The notes under the pieces are model-generated. The model had not been told where the DNA came from. It did not search any database and saw only the letters and a list, made by a program, of their open reading frames with translations. A stretch of 26,425 nucleotides of DNA, from IMG/VR virus record IMGVR_UViG_3300033555_000020, positions 1-26,425 of that record. The stretch is one strand, 5' to 3'. Of this stretch, positions 8,921-17,465 are shown in pieces. The position numbers and the translations under genes are program-made. The stretch's first letter is position 1; the number at the start of each line of letters is the position of its first letter. This DNA is from a virus. Its lineage: Duplodnaviria; Caudoviricetes.

Positions 8921-9262
8921 GTGACGACAGCAGCGACCGAGCCGGTGGCGGAAGCCCCGGAGCAGGCCGTGGTTACGCCGCGCCGAAACTCCAACGTCGA
9001 CGAGATGCGGGTGAGCGGAAGCTCGAACCCGCAGTCGCTGGCGTCGGCCATCAGCCACGCGGTGTACGACAACCGGACCGTGACGCTTCGCGCCATCGGT
9101 GCGGGTGCCATCTGCCAGGCCATGAAGGCGCTCGCCATCGCGCGCGGCTTCGTCGCCCCGCGGGGGTTCGACATCGCGGTCATCCCAGGCTGGGCCAACG
9201 TCACGGGCAGCCGCGGCGACGAACTCAGCGCAATGACCTTCCGCGTGATCCAGCTCGGCTGA
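8921..9262 (+). CDS. spoVS: SpoVS family protein (Alba-like fold)
   Basis: MRVSGSSNPQSLASAI...LRAIGAGAICQAMKALAIARGFVAPRG...IP...SAMTF closely follows the SpoVS consensus; RBS AGGAG. Confidence 0.9.
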   Translation: MTTAATEPVAEAPEQAVVTPRRNSNVDEMRVSGSSNPQSLASAISHAVYDNRTVTLRAIGAGAICQAMKALAIARGFVAPRGFDIAVIPGWANVTGSRGDELSAMTFRVIQLG

Positions 9263-9276
9263 CCCAGGAGACCCCG

Positions 9277-9651
9277 ATGGCCAAGAAGATGATGAGCACC
9301 CCCGGCGCGCCGGCGGCCGCAAGCACCCGGCGCAGCCCGCTCGCCCCGACGAACGGCCAGACCGCCCCGAGCGGCATGGTCGACGACTTCAGCGCCCGCG
9401 AGGTGCAGGTCGGCACCTCCCGTCCCCGCGGCGTCGCCGGCCTCGGTGGCAGCGACGGTGCTCTCGGCCAGGTCGGCACCCGGCAGCGCAAGGCGACGAC
9501 CGCCGGCGCGCAGTTCCGCATCACCGCCGGCATGCCCGGCCCCGAGTCTCCTGAGGCTCGCGCGACGCAGGCCAACGGCCGCGTCGTCCCCGCGGTGATG
9601 GGCAGCAAGCAGCGCCAGAACTTCGAGCTGCAGCGCGGAGCCCTGTACTAG
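9277..9651 (+). CDS. Hypothetical protein
   Basis: RBS AGGAG; G/A/T-rich, probably disordered. Confidence 0.75.
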   Translation: MAKKMMSTPGAPAAASTRRSPLAPTNGQTAPSGMVDDFSAREVQVGTSRPRGVAGLGGSDGALGQVGTRQRKATTAGAQFRITAGMPGPESPEARATQANGRVVPAVMGSKQRQNFELQRGALY

Positions 9652-9653
9652 CC

Positions 9654-9845
9654 ATGGGCGAGGTCATCCAGCTGTTCAAGGACCGTCGGCGTGCACCCAG
9701 CGTGCACACGCGGCGTGACGTCGCGGAGCACATGTCTGCTGCGCACGGCCACGTCCCGAGTCCTCGGATGCTGCTGCACGACCTGCACGACACGCACGAC
9801 GCGCTGCACGACATGCCGGCGAGTCATCAGCACGACGTCGGCTGA
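9654..9845 (+). CDS. Small His-rich protein
   Basis: HDLHDTHDALHD periodic His; TGATG coupling to the next gene. Confidence 0.65.
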   Translation: MGEVIQLFKDRRRAPSVHTRRDVAEHMSAAHGHVPSPRMLLHDLHDTHDALHDMPASHQHDVG

Positions 9846-10129
9846 TGTCAGCCAGCGAGGCGCTCGGGCAGCAGTTCGCGATGATGCGCCCGAGCGAGCT
9901 GCTTCCGTACGCCGGTGATCGCACCGACAGGATGGCGCAGGCGAAGGTCAACGTCATCGCGGACTCCATCCAGCAGCACGGCTACCGAGCCAGCAAGATG
10001 CGCGGCAACAAGGCCCCCATCACGCTCGACGGCAGTGATCGCCGGCCCGCACTGACCGAGGGCAACCACCGTGTCCACGCCATGATCAAGATCGGGTACG
10101 ACCGACCGGTGAAGGTGAGGTTGCGATGA
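9845..10129 (+). CDS. Minimal ParB/Srx-like domain protein
   Basis: IADSIQQHGY...PITL...LTEGNHRVHAM...VKV matches the ParB-N GxHR signature. Confidence 0.75.
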   Translation: MSASEALGQQFAMMRPSELLPYAGDRTDRMAQAKVNVIADSIQQHGYRASKMRGNKAPITLDGSDRRPALTEGNHRVHAMIKIGYDRPVKVRLR

Positions 10130-10656
10130 GCGACTTCCAGTACTTGGCACCGAACGGCGTAGGCCAGTCGGGGAGCGTGAACCACGCCGCCGGCGGCGGG
10201 CAGGCGATGGCCTTCCGCGACGACCTGGATGCCCGGCGCAGTGGCATGGCCGGCTTCGTGCCGAGCGCGCAGTACCCGGACGGCTACCTGGGCACGATCC
10301 AGAGCCGCCGAGAAGACCGCCTGCTCGACAGCCTCAAGGGCAAGGTGAACGAGCGCAGCTACACGCGCGGTGTGCACAAGGGCGAGCAGATCGAGGCCAG
10401 CGAGTACTTCTGGCCGGCCGGGCTGCAGCCCGACCGTGGTCTGCAGGCGCAGGCCGCTGCGGTACAGCAGTGGGACCGGAGCTGGGCAGCCCCGCGGCAG
10501 TCGCCGATGGGCACGGTGCAGGAGCAGATGATCGTCAGCGGAGCGACTGAGCTGCCGACGACACCACGAGGGAAGGTCCGACCGGGGCCGGATCAGTACT
10601 CGACCACGCCCGACCGAGCGGCGGCCTTGAGGTCGTTCGCACCCAGCTGGAGGTAG
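10126..10656 (+). CDS. Hypothetical phage protein
   Basis: ATGA overlap; coding-like codon usage; YPDGYLGTIQSRREDRLLD...RGVHKGE block. Confidence 0.8.
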   Translation: MSDFQYLAPNGVGQSGSVNHAAGGGQAMAFRDDLDARRSGMAGFVPSAQYPDGYLGTIQSRREDRLLDSLKGKVNERSYTRGVHKGEQIEASEYFWPAGLQPDRGLQAQAAAVQQWDRSWAAPRQSPMGTVQEQMIVSGATELPTTPRGKVRPGPDQYSTTPDRAAALRSFAPSWR

Positions 10657-10661
10657 CACCC

Positions 10662-11510
10662 ATGGCCACAGGACGACGAGTCGGTACAGGCCGGCGTGGA
10701 GGCAACCCCTTCGGCATCGCGCCCGACGGCTCTGGTCTCGCGAACATGAGCAGCCCGCAGTCTCAGCGTCTCGCGGCGACGAACATCGCGAACGTCTACG
10801 ACCGCACCCCGGCCGACCAGCAGGCCGCCGGCCGGCTCTGGTACCCGAAGGTGCACGACGCGACCGCGAAGGGCGCTCGGCAGCTCAACCTGCCCGTGCA
10901 CCACGCCGCCGGCATCGTCGCGGCTGTCAGCCCGAACATGGACTGGGACAAGAACAACATCGACGCGTTCAGCGAGCTGTCGAGTCTCAAGCCCCACGAG
11001 TGGGCCACCATCCACGCCGCGCACGGCGGCAACGAGGCGGCCAAGGCCGCGGTGAAGCCGATGCTGAAGGGCAAGGGCATCAGCGCCGCCCCGGTCGCGA
11101 ACCTCGTCAAGGCGCACCGCATCATGAGCGGCGAGCACCCTGACGTCGTGCTGCCGCAGCGCACCGCGCCGAAGACGAACGCCTTCGCCCGCAACATCGC
11201 TGACCCCGGCACGCACGGCCCGGTCACCATCGACGGCCGCGCCCACGACATCGCCGTGAACAGCCTGCGTCCCTGGAAGGTCGGACGAGGCATCGACAGC
11301 GCTGCGACGCCGACCGGCAAGACGACGCGCTACGAGCACTTCGAGAACGCCTACCGCACAGCTGCCAGCGCGGTCGGCGAGGCTCCCCACGACATGCAGG
11401 CCATCACCTGGGTCGGAGGCAAGGCTCGCGAGCGCGCCGGCGTGACGAAGGCCGGCACCCCGCGCAAGGTCGGCGTCCAGCGCGTCGGCCAGGCGTACAC
11501 CGACCTCTAG
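10662..11510 (+). CDS. Phage protein with HhH-glycosylase-like motifs (DUF7178-like)
   Basis: WY...AAGIVAAVSP...W..N, KTNAFARNI, VTIDGRAH, Y..F..AY..AA, MQAITW. RBS GGAGG. Confidence 0.6.
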   Translation: MATGRRVGTGRRGGNPFGIAPDGSGLANMSSPQSQRLAATNIANVYDRTPADQQAAGRLWYPKVHDATAKGARQLNLPVHHAAGIVAAVSPNMDWDKNNIDAFSELSSLKPHEWATIHAAHGGNEAAKAAVKPMLKGKGISAAPVANLVKAHRIMSGEHPDVVLPQRTAPKTNAFARNIADPGTHGPVTIDGRAHDIAVNSLRPWKVGRGIDSAATPTGKTTRYEHFENAYRTAASAVGEAPHDMQAITWVGGKARERAGVTKAGTPRKVGVQRVGQAYTDL

Positions 11511-11668
11511 CTCGTGGTGACCTCGGGCGCGTACCGCTGCACGATCTTCCACGCGGCGCGCTCGGCCTTCAGCACGTCAGCCACCTCGTCGTTGCTGAAG
11601 GGGGTCATCACCTTCTGCAGGGCGTCGTGCACGACCTGGAAGTCCTCGTCGCTCATCGTCACTGGCAT
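11507..11668 (-). CDS. Small hypothetical protein
   Basis: MPVTMSDEDFQVVHDALQKV...; fills the gap between + genes; GC3-rich on the minus strand. Confidence 0.6.
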   Translation of the reverse strand: MPVTMSDEDFQVVHDALQKVMTPFSNDEVADVLKAERAAWKIVQRYAPEVTTS

Positions 11669-11701
11669 ACCTGATCGTACCAACTCAAGGTGAGGAAGAC
11701 C

Positions 11702-12019
11702 ATGGCTGCTCGACGAGTTCTGGGCCGGCAGTTCACCACCCGGCAGACGCTGCGCGACGACGTCTACCTCGGGCAGCACGCGCAGAGTCTCCGCGAGGAG
11801 GCCGTGACCGGCGGCCACAAGACGGAGCGCAAGAGCTTCTACGGCGAGAAGGACAGCCCCCAGATGACCGGATCCGAGCGACGCCTCACGACGCGCAGTG
11901 CCGACGACGAGTACCGCCGCCGGCAGGCTAGCGACAGGGATTCCGCGGCTGCCCACGTCCCGATGACCGACACGGAGCGCGACGAGCTGCACCGCGACCT
12001 GGCTGCGAGTGGCTGGTGA
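11702..12019 (+). CDS. Hypothetical protein (N-terminal LGRQF tag)
   Basis: RBS GAGGA before ATG 11702; GTGA overlap with the next gene. Confidence 0.7.
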   Translation: MAARRVLGRQFTTRQTLRDDVYLGQHAQSLREEAVTGGHKTERKSFYGEKDSPQMTGSERRLTTRSADDEYRRRQASDRDSAAAHVPMTDTERDELHRDLAASGW

Positions 12020-12348
12020 GCAGCCGCGACCGCGACACCGTCTACGACCGCAACGCGCCTGGCCAGCAGCGCCTGGGCTACAGCGGGGCCGGCTTCAGCA
12101 GCAACGAGGAGCGCCTCGTCAGCGAGGCCCTGATGGCGCAGCAGGACATCGACCCTGAGCTGCTGCGTCAGGTCAGCAGCCCACCGCCTGAGCGGCTGTT
12201 CCCGCCCCGCTTCGTCGGCGAGCGCACCCAGCCCGGCATCCAGGACGTCGTCCAGGTCGACCGGCGGTACCCCGACAGCTCGGCGCAGTTCAGCGGCACC
12301 TCGGGCGGCTACAGCGGCACGAGCGTGCCCAGCATCGGCTGGTGGTGA
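12016..12348 (+). CDS. Hypothetical protein
   Basis: GTGA overlap; typical codon usage. Confidence 0.7.
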   Translation: MSSRDRDTVYDRNAPGQQRLGYSGAGFSSNEERLVSEALMAQQDIDPELLRQVSSPPPERLFPPRFVGERTQPGIQDVVQVDRRYPDSSAQFSGTSGGYSGTSVPSIGWW

Positions 12349-12470
12349 CGTAGGAAGCCAGCTCGACCGGCGCTGCTCTCGCGGTCACGAACGGGGGGTG
12401 CGCTTCTACACTCGGCCTGACGGCCGGCGGCGCTTCCGCCTCTGTGAGGCCGAGAACCGGAGGGCACGAA

Positions 12471-12713
12471 GTGCGTAACGAGACACGCTCGATGAACGCT
12501 GATCTCGCCGAGGGAGCCACCGACTCGAAGTACAAGAAGATCGAGACGGACCGCGGTGGCGTCGTCGGCATCGAGACATGGGAGTCGCGCCGCGACCTGT
12601 CGCAGCGCGACTTCGGCATGCAGGAGCTGCGCGAGAAGGTGCTCGGCGACGGCACCATCCACGTCACGCCCGACTTCATCGACGCTCCGCTCGGACAGCA
12701 GGTCCGACTCTGA
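12471..12713 (+). CDS. Hypothetical protein
   Basis: GGAGG RBS at 12459-12463 before GTG 12471; TGATG coupling to the lysin. Confidence 0.75.
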   Translation: MRNETRSMNADLAEGATDSKYKKIETDRGGVVGIETWESRRDLSQRDFGMQELREKVLGDGTIHVTPDFIDAPLGQQVRL

Positions 12714-13606
12714 TGGCCGAAGACCTGAGCACCTTCTCGGACGACGACCTGGGCATCCTCAGCCTCGAGGACACGGATCCTCTCGACCTCGGCAAGGGCG
12801 ACGACGTCGACGACGACTACCTCTTGCTCGTCGATCTTCACCTCGCTGAGGCTGAGACCGACAACGTCGACGCGCTCGAGGACGTCGACGTGCAGGAGAC
12901 CCGCGGCTTCGGGGCCAGCTACCCCAGCATCAACGGCTTCCCGTGCCACAACAGCCCGCAGGCCATCGGCGTTCGCACCTACACGGTGCCAGGCACGGCC
13001 GTCAAGGTGCCTGTTCGTGGTGACGTCTCGCCGCTGCTGATCGGCTTCCTGAAGGAGTGGAACCAGAAGGTCGAGCCGCTGCGTCCAGGCTGGTGTTGGG
13101 GCTACGCCGCTCGCCCTGTCCGGGGCAGCACTGCGCCGAGCTTCCACTGGGCTGGCATCGCAGTCGACGGCAACGCCCCGAGTCACCCGCTCGGCAAGCG
13201 GGGCACGTTCACCTCGAAGCAGGCCGCGACCATCCGGGCGCTCTGCCGCAAGTACGGACTGCGCTGGGGTGGCGACTACGTCAACCGCGCCGACGAGATG
13301 CACGCGGAAGTCATCGAGAGCTACACGGACGCGTTGGCTCGCGTGAAGCGCCTGCAGACGCCCCCGCCCGGCCTGCCGGTGCACGACACCGGATCTCGAG
13401 TGCTGCGGGAAGGCATGGTCGGCACCGACGTCCGCGACGTGCAGAACGGGCTCAACATGCTCGGCAACAAGATCGTCAAGGACGGGCACTTCCGCCCGTC
13501 CACGACCGTCGTGGTGCGCGCGTTCCAGAAGAACCGCGGCATGTCGGTCGACGGTGTCGTCGGGAAGAACACGCTCGCTCGCCTCAGGGCGGAAATCCAC
13601 TCCTGA
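12713..13606 (+). CDS. Endolysin: M15 family Zn peptidase plus peptidoglycan-binding domain
   Basis: WGYAARPVRG...SFHWAGIAVD (SxHxxGxAxD), LRWGGDY...DEMH; C-terminal PG_binding_1 (LREGMVGTDVRDVQ...DGHF...VRAFQ...VDGVVG). Confidence 0.92.
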   Translation: MAEDLSTFSDDDLGILSLEDTDPLDLGKGDDVDDDYLLLVDLHLAEAETDNVDALEDVDVQETRGFGASYPSINGFPCHNSPQAIGVRTYTVPGTAVKVPVRGDVSPLLIGFLKEWNQKVEPLRPGWCWGYAARPVRGSTAPSFHWAGIAVDGNAPSHPLGKRGTFTSKQAATIRALCRKYGLRWGGDYVNRADEMHAEVIESYTDALARVKRLQTPPPGLPVHDTGSRVLREGMVGTDVRDVQNGLNMLGNKIVKDGHFRPSTTVVVRAFQKNRGMSVDGVVGKNTLARLRAEIHS

Positions 13607-13654
13607 TCACGACGACTCGCGCGCAGGGTCACCTGTAGCTCATCTACGGCATGT

Positions 13655-13692
13655 CGCCCGTCCCTATCACCAGGGGCGGGCGGTCGTCGTTT
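13655..13692 (+). terminator. Putative intrinsic terminator after the endolysin
   Basis: 11-bp stem CGCCCGTCCCT/AGGGGCGGGCG (one G-U pair), 6-nt loop, followed by GTCGTCGTTT. Confidence 0.65.
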
Positions 13693-13735
13693 AGGGTCGC
13701 GACGTCACTCGGACCAACGACACCCGGAGCATCAC

Positions 13736-14080
13736 TTGAAGAACGACCAGATCGCGCGCGTGTGTCATGAGGCCAACCGCGCACTCCAGATCATCCAGAA
13801 CGACCCGAGCATCTCGGCCGGCGAGCCGTGGTTGGACCTTGACCTCGAGACGCGGGACAGCGTCATCCAGGGAGTCGCGGGCGTGCGGCAGGGCAACACC
13901 CCCGCGCAGAGCCACGAGAACTGGGTCCGCTTCAAGATGACGCACGGTTGGACGCTTGGGCCGGTCAAGGACGAGAAGCTGAAGCAGCACCCGTTGCTGG
14001 TGCCGTTCGACCAGCTTCCCGAGAGCCAGCGCATCAAGGATGACCTGTTCGTCGCCATCGCCACGGCCCTGCTGCAGTGA
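13736..14080 (+). CDS. RyR (ryanodine receptor) repeat domain protein
   Basis: IARVCHEANR...SHENW...GWTLGPVKDEKLKQHPLLVPFDQLPESQRIKD. Confidence 0.85.
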   Translation: MKNDQIARVCHEANRALQIIQNDPSISAGEPWLDLDLETRDSVIQGVAGVRQGNTPAQSHENWVRFKMTHGWTLGPVKDEKLKQHPLLVPFDQLPESQRIKDDLFVAIATALLQ

Positions 14081-14808
14081 AGGTCACGCTCATCGCCCAG
14101 ACCATGGGCAGCCCGGCGTTCTACGACGTCATGGTGGGCAAGGACTGGTTCCCCTCGAGCCATCGCGACGGCGAGCAGCTCATCGAGTTCGCCGGCCGCG
14201 CCTGCTACCAGAGCTGGCACAAGCCGAACCCGGCGACTGCGGACACCGCGGACTACATCGCCAACGTGCTCGCGCAGCGGCACTTCAGCGTCGTCGAGCA
14301 CAGCTCGGTCAGCTTCTACATCGAGGACGTCAGCCGCTCGCTGACCCACGAGCTGGTGCGTCACCGGCACTTCAGCTACAGCCAGCTGTCGCAGCGCTTC
14401 GTCGACATGAGCGGCGCGCGCCCGGTCGTGCACCCCTCGGTGCGTGGTGACAACGCCGCGGAGGACATCCTGCACCGCGGCTTCATCGCGGCGCTGACCC
14501 ACTACGACGCCATGGTCGAGCACCTGAAGACGACCCGCCCCGACATGGAGCGCAAGCAGGTGCGCGAGGTCGCCCGCGAGCTGCTCCCGAACTGCACCCC
14601 GACGTCGCTGATCGTCAGCGGCAACCTGCGGAGCTGGCTCGAGTTCGTCGAGAAGCGCTGCTCGCCGGCGGCCGACGCTGCCATCCGCGAGGTCAGCCTC
14701 GACATCCTGGCGAAGCTGAAGGACGAACTGCCCTCGGTCTTCGGGCAGCAGGTGGACGTCGGCGCTGAGCAGCGCGCCCCCCAGCCCGAGTACCTCGGGC
14801 AGCCCTGA
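14077..14808 (+). CDS. thyX: Flavin-dependent thymidylate synthase
   Basis: EFAGRACYQS, HFSVVEH, SRSLTHELVRHRHFSYSQLSQRF (RHRxxSxxQxSQR), ARELLP, GNLRSW. Confidence 0.96.
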   Translation: MKVTLIAQTMGSPAFYDVMVGKDWFPSSHRDGEQLIEFAGRACYQSWHKPNPATADTADYIANVLAQRHFSVVEHSSVSFYIEDVSRSLTHELVRHRHFSYSQLSQRFVDMSGARPVVHPSVRGDNAAEDILHRGFIAALTHYDAMVEHLKTTRPDMERKQVREVARELLPNCTPTSLIVSGNLRSWLEFVEKRCSPAADAAIREVSLDILAKLKDELPSVFGQQVDVGAEQRAPQPEYLGQP

Positions 14809-15104
14809 TGCGCGGGAACCGCGGGACGCAGCTGGTGCTGCCAGGGATGGAGAACGTAGGGGCCGAGCATGTCCGCGTTCTGGCCGCCCCTGAGCCTGAG
14901 CTAGTGCAGCACCCGCAGCACTATGGCGGGGACACGGTCTACGAGGTCATCAAGGTGCTCCGCGCCTGGGGCTTGAACGGGGACGCGTTGCTCTGGAACG
15001 TCGTCAAGTACATCGCCCGTGCCGGCAAGAAGGGCGACGCCCTCACCGACCTGAAGAAGGCGCGCTTCTACCTCGACGAGCGCATCAAGGAGCTGGAGAG
15101 CTGA
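14808..15104 (+). CDS. DUF3310 protein (T7 gp1.7-like, putative nucleotide kinase)
   Basis: VQHPQHY...NVVKYIARAGKKG...DLKKARFYL. Confidence 0.85.
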   Translation: MRGNRGTQLVLPGMENVGAEHVRVLAAPEPELVQHPQHYGGDTVYEVIKVLRAWGLNGDALLWNVVKYIARAGKKGDALTDLKKARFYLDERIKELES

Positions 15105-15463
15105 TGGCCGACTGCAACCTCGCGCCGGCCCGCGCGGACGGCTACGCGGTCGTCTGGGACCAGGGCAAGACGCGCTACGCCCACATCGTGGCGTACGAGG
15201 AGGTGCACGGCCCCGTGCCGAACGGGCTGGAGCTGGATCACCTCTGCCGCGTGCGCAACTGCCGTGAGGTCAGCCACCTTGAGGCGGTGACCGGCGACGA
15301 GAACCGAAAGCGCGCCGGCGCGGCCAAGACGCACTGCACGAACGAGCACGAGTACACGCCGGCGAACACCTACGTCCGACCGGATACGAATCGACGAGGC
15401 TGCCGGACCTGCCGCACGACGCAGGCCCAGGCCAGCAAGGACAGGAGGCTCGTTCATGCCTAG
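15104..15463 (+). CDS. HNH endonuclease
   Basis: AHIVAYE..HGPVPNGLELDHLCRVRNC...HLEAVT..EN; C-terminal THC..H...CRTC Zn module. Confidence 0.88.
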   Translation: MADCNLAPARADGYAVVWDQGKTRYAHIVAYEEVHGPVPNGLELDHLCRVRNCREVSHLEAVTGDENRKRAGAAKTHCTNEHEYTPANTYVRPDTNRRGCRTCRTTQAQASKDRRLVHA

Positions 15464-16055
15464 AGACGCTCGCGAAGAGATGCTGGCGGCTGCCCAGGCG
15501 GCTGACGAGGCCGCTGCGTCCCGCCCACTCGGGGAGCAGATGAGGTTGCTCCAGTGTTTTACTTGCAAGAGCATGGAGGAGCTGCCGGACTACCCGCCCG
15601 AGGCGAACCCGGCCAACGACGTCGCGCTGCACTACCTCGACGAGAAGCACGGCGGCCGCACCGAGCAGCCTCACCACCGCACGCTGATGCGCGTGGAGAA
15701 GCGGGTCTGGGAAGACCGCAAGGCGCGCCGGCAGATCGTCGAGCAGGCGTGGACCGAGGAGAAGGGCTTCAAGCCCTCCTACTACGACATCAAGAACACG
15801 CTGCAGGACGACGCGGTGAAATGCCACGTCGCGCACCGCCGGCAGGTGCCTTGCATCGACTGGCGGAACGCCAGCAAGCGCCTGACCAGCCCCACCACAC
15901 GGGACCGCGAGAAGCTCGCCCGTGAGCTTCCGCGCTCCTTCGGAGGAGACCGGGAGCGGATCGCCAAGGGCGCGCCCACCCAGTTCCTTTGTGATTATTG
16001 TCCAGTAGCTGTTGCTGTGGAGTACGCCAAGCGCAAGGCGTTGGGGGAGGCGTAG
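15456..16055 (+). CDS. Cys/His-rich hypothetical protein
   Basis: CFTC, H...H, CH..H..P..C and LCDYC motifs. Alternative start at ATG 15540 with a GGGGAG RBS. Confidence 0.8.
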   Translation: MPRDAREEMLAAAQAADEAAASRPLGEQMRLLQCFTCKSMEELPDYPPEANPANDVALHYLDEKHGGRTEQPHHRTLMRVEKRVWEDRKARRQIVEQAWTEEKGFKPSYYDIKNTLQDDAVKCHVAHRRQVPCIDWRNASKRLTSPTTRDREKLARELPRSFGGDRERIAKGAPTQFLCDYCPVAVAVEYAKRKALGEA

Positions 16056-16480
16056 TGGGTCGACCAGCAGGAACCGGCATCCCGGCCGCCGACCGCTTCT
16101 GGCCGAAGGTCGAGAAGCAGGGAGGCGACGGCTGCTGGCTCTGGACAGCCGGCAAGGCCAGGGGCTACGGGCGGTTCTGCGTCGGCGTCGGCAAGGTCGT
16201 GCAGGCGCACGCCTGGTCCTACGAGCAGGCTCGCGGTCCGGTGCCCAAGGGCAAGGTGCTTGACCACACCTGCGAGCAGAAGTCGTGCGTGCGGCCCGAC
16301 CACTGCGTCCCCATGACCATCGGCCAGAACGTGGCCTGGCACTTCGTCCAGCAGACCCACTGCACGAACGGGCACAGCCTCGCTGATGCCCTTGAACATC
16401 ACGGCCGGCGCGAGTGCCGGACGTGCAACCGGGACCGGTGCAGAGTGCGCCGTCAACAGAAGGAGCTGCAGAAAGCATGA
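16055..16480 (+). CDS. HNH endonuclease
   Basis: RFWPKVEK..GCWLWT...YGRF...AHAWSYE...LDHTC..KSCVRPDH...N; THCTNGH...CRTC. Confidence 0.88.
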   Translation: MGRPAGTGIPAADRFWPKVEKQGGDGCWLWTAGKARGYGRFCVGVGKVVQAHAWSYEQARGPVPKGKVLDHTCEQKSCVRPDHCVPMTIGQNVAWHFVQQTHCTNGHSLADALEHHGRRECRTCNRDRCRVRRQQKELQKA

Positions 16481-17049
16481 CGGATCACGACCAGGAACAG
16501 CAGTCGGAGCACGGACCCATCCGCATCACCGACAAGCGGGAGCAGCGACGGCAGGAAGCGGCTGACCGTGCGGCCGCCGCGCAACACCCCGTCGTCACCC
16601 CGCCGCCGCTCGAAACGGTGGACGAGGCGCTCGGCCGCGTCGACCGCATCCAGCAGCTGCAGGACAAGGGCCGGCTGCCCGCCGGGTTGACCAGCAACGA
16701 GCAGGCCGACCTGCTCGAGCTGCAGGCCCTCGAGCAGCAGGCCATGGAGGCGCAGCAGGAGCAGGACGGCGAGAGCATCGACGTCCTCACGGCGTTCGTC
16801 GTCTTCGTCGGCCACGACGGCAGCGCGCGGGCGTCGTCGGACATGAACGCCGTGTACAGCATCGACCGTGAGGCGAACGTCGATGACATGTTCAGCGGGT
16901 GCAGCCTGGTGGTACGCGACATCAACGCCTCGATGGCCAGCAAGCACACCGTGTTCGGGCTGCAGGTCAGCGCGCAGGCGATGTCACAGCAGGCTCAGGC
17001 GGCCAAGATGATGCAGGGATTGAACACAACGACTGGACGTCATCGGTAA
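16477..17049 (+). CDS. Hypothetical protein
   Basis: ATGA overlap with the HNH stop; Q/E-rich N-terminus and TAFVVFV beta-strand. Confidence 0.75.
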   Translation: MTDHDQEQQSEHGPIRITDKREQRRQEAADRAAAAQHPVVTPPPLETVDEALGRVDRIQQLQDKGRLPAGLTSNEQADLLELQALEQQAMEAQQEQDGESIDVLTAFVVFVGHDGSARASSDMNAVYSIDREANVDDMFSGCSLVVRDINASMASKHTVFGLQVSAQAMSQQAQAAKMMQGLNTTTGRHR

Positions 17050-17094
17050 CATCACGGCCCGGATCAACCACACCTCTCAGAACAGGATCAGGAC

Positions 17095-17463
17095 ATGGCA
17101 GGCATCAGCAAGGCCGACCGCGAGGCTCTCGCCGAGGTCAAGAGCAAGTTCGACAGCGTCAAGCTCGACGAGAGCAGCGCCGCGGTCGCCGACACCATCC
17201 GCAAGAGCTTCGCGAAGCTCGCCGTCGACGTGCACCGCGCGTGCCCGGACGGCCGGAACAAGTCGCTGGCGATGACGCACCTCGAGGACGCCGGCATGCG
17301 CGCCATCCGGGCGCTCAGCCACGACACGAAGAGCGAGGCCGAGGTCGAGGTCGTCGAGACGTCGGTCAAGGTCAAGGTCGATGAGTCCCCGGAGGTCGTC
17401 GTCAAGGAGACGAAGACCCGCAAGCCCCGGAGCCGGCGCTCGAAGGAGACCGTCGACGCCTAG
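17095..17463 (+). CDS. Acb2/Tad1-like helical hairpin protein (putative nucleotide-signal sponge)
   Basis: IRKSFAKLAVDVHRACPDGRNKSLAMTHLEDAGMRAIRAL resembles the P.gR..slA.T.le...M.a..ai hairpin of this family. Confidence 0.6.
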   Translation: MAGISKADREALAEVKSKFDSVKLDESSAAVADTIRKSFAKLAVDVHRACPDGRNKSLAMTHLEDAGMRAIRALSHDTKSEAEVEVVETSVKVKVDESPEVVVKETKTRKPRSRRSKETVDA

Positions 17464-17465
17464 CC

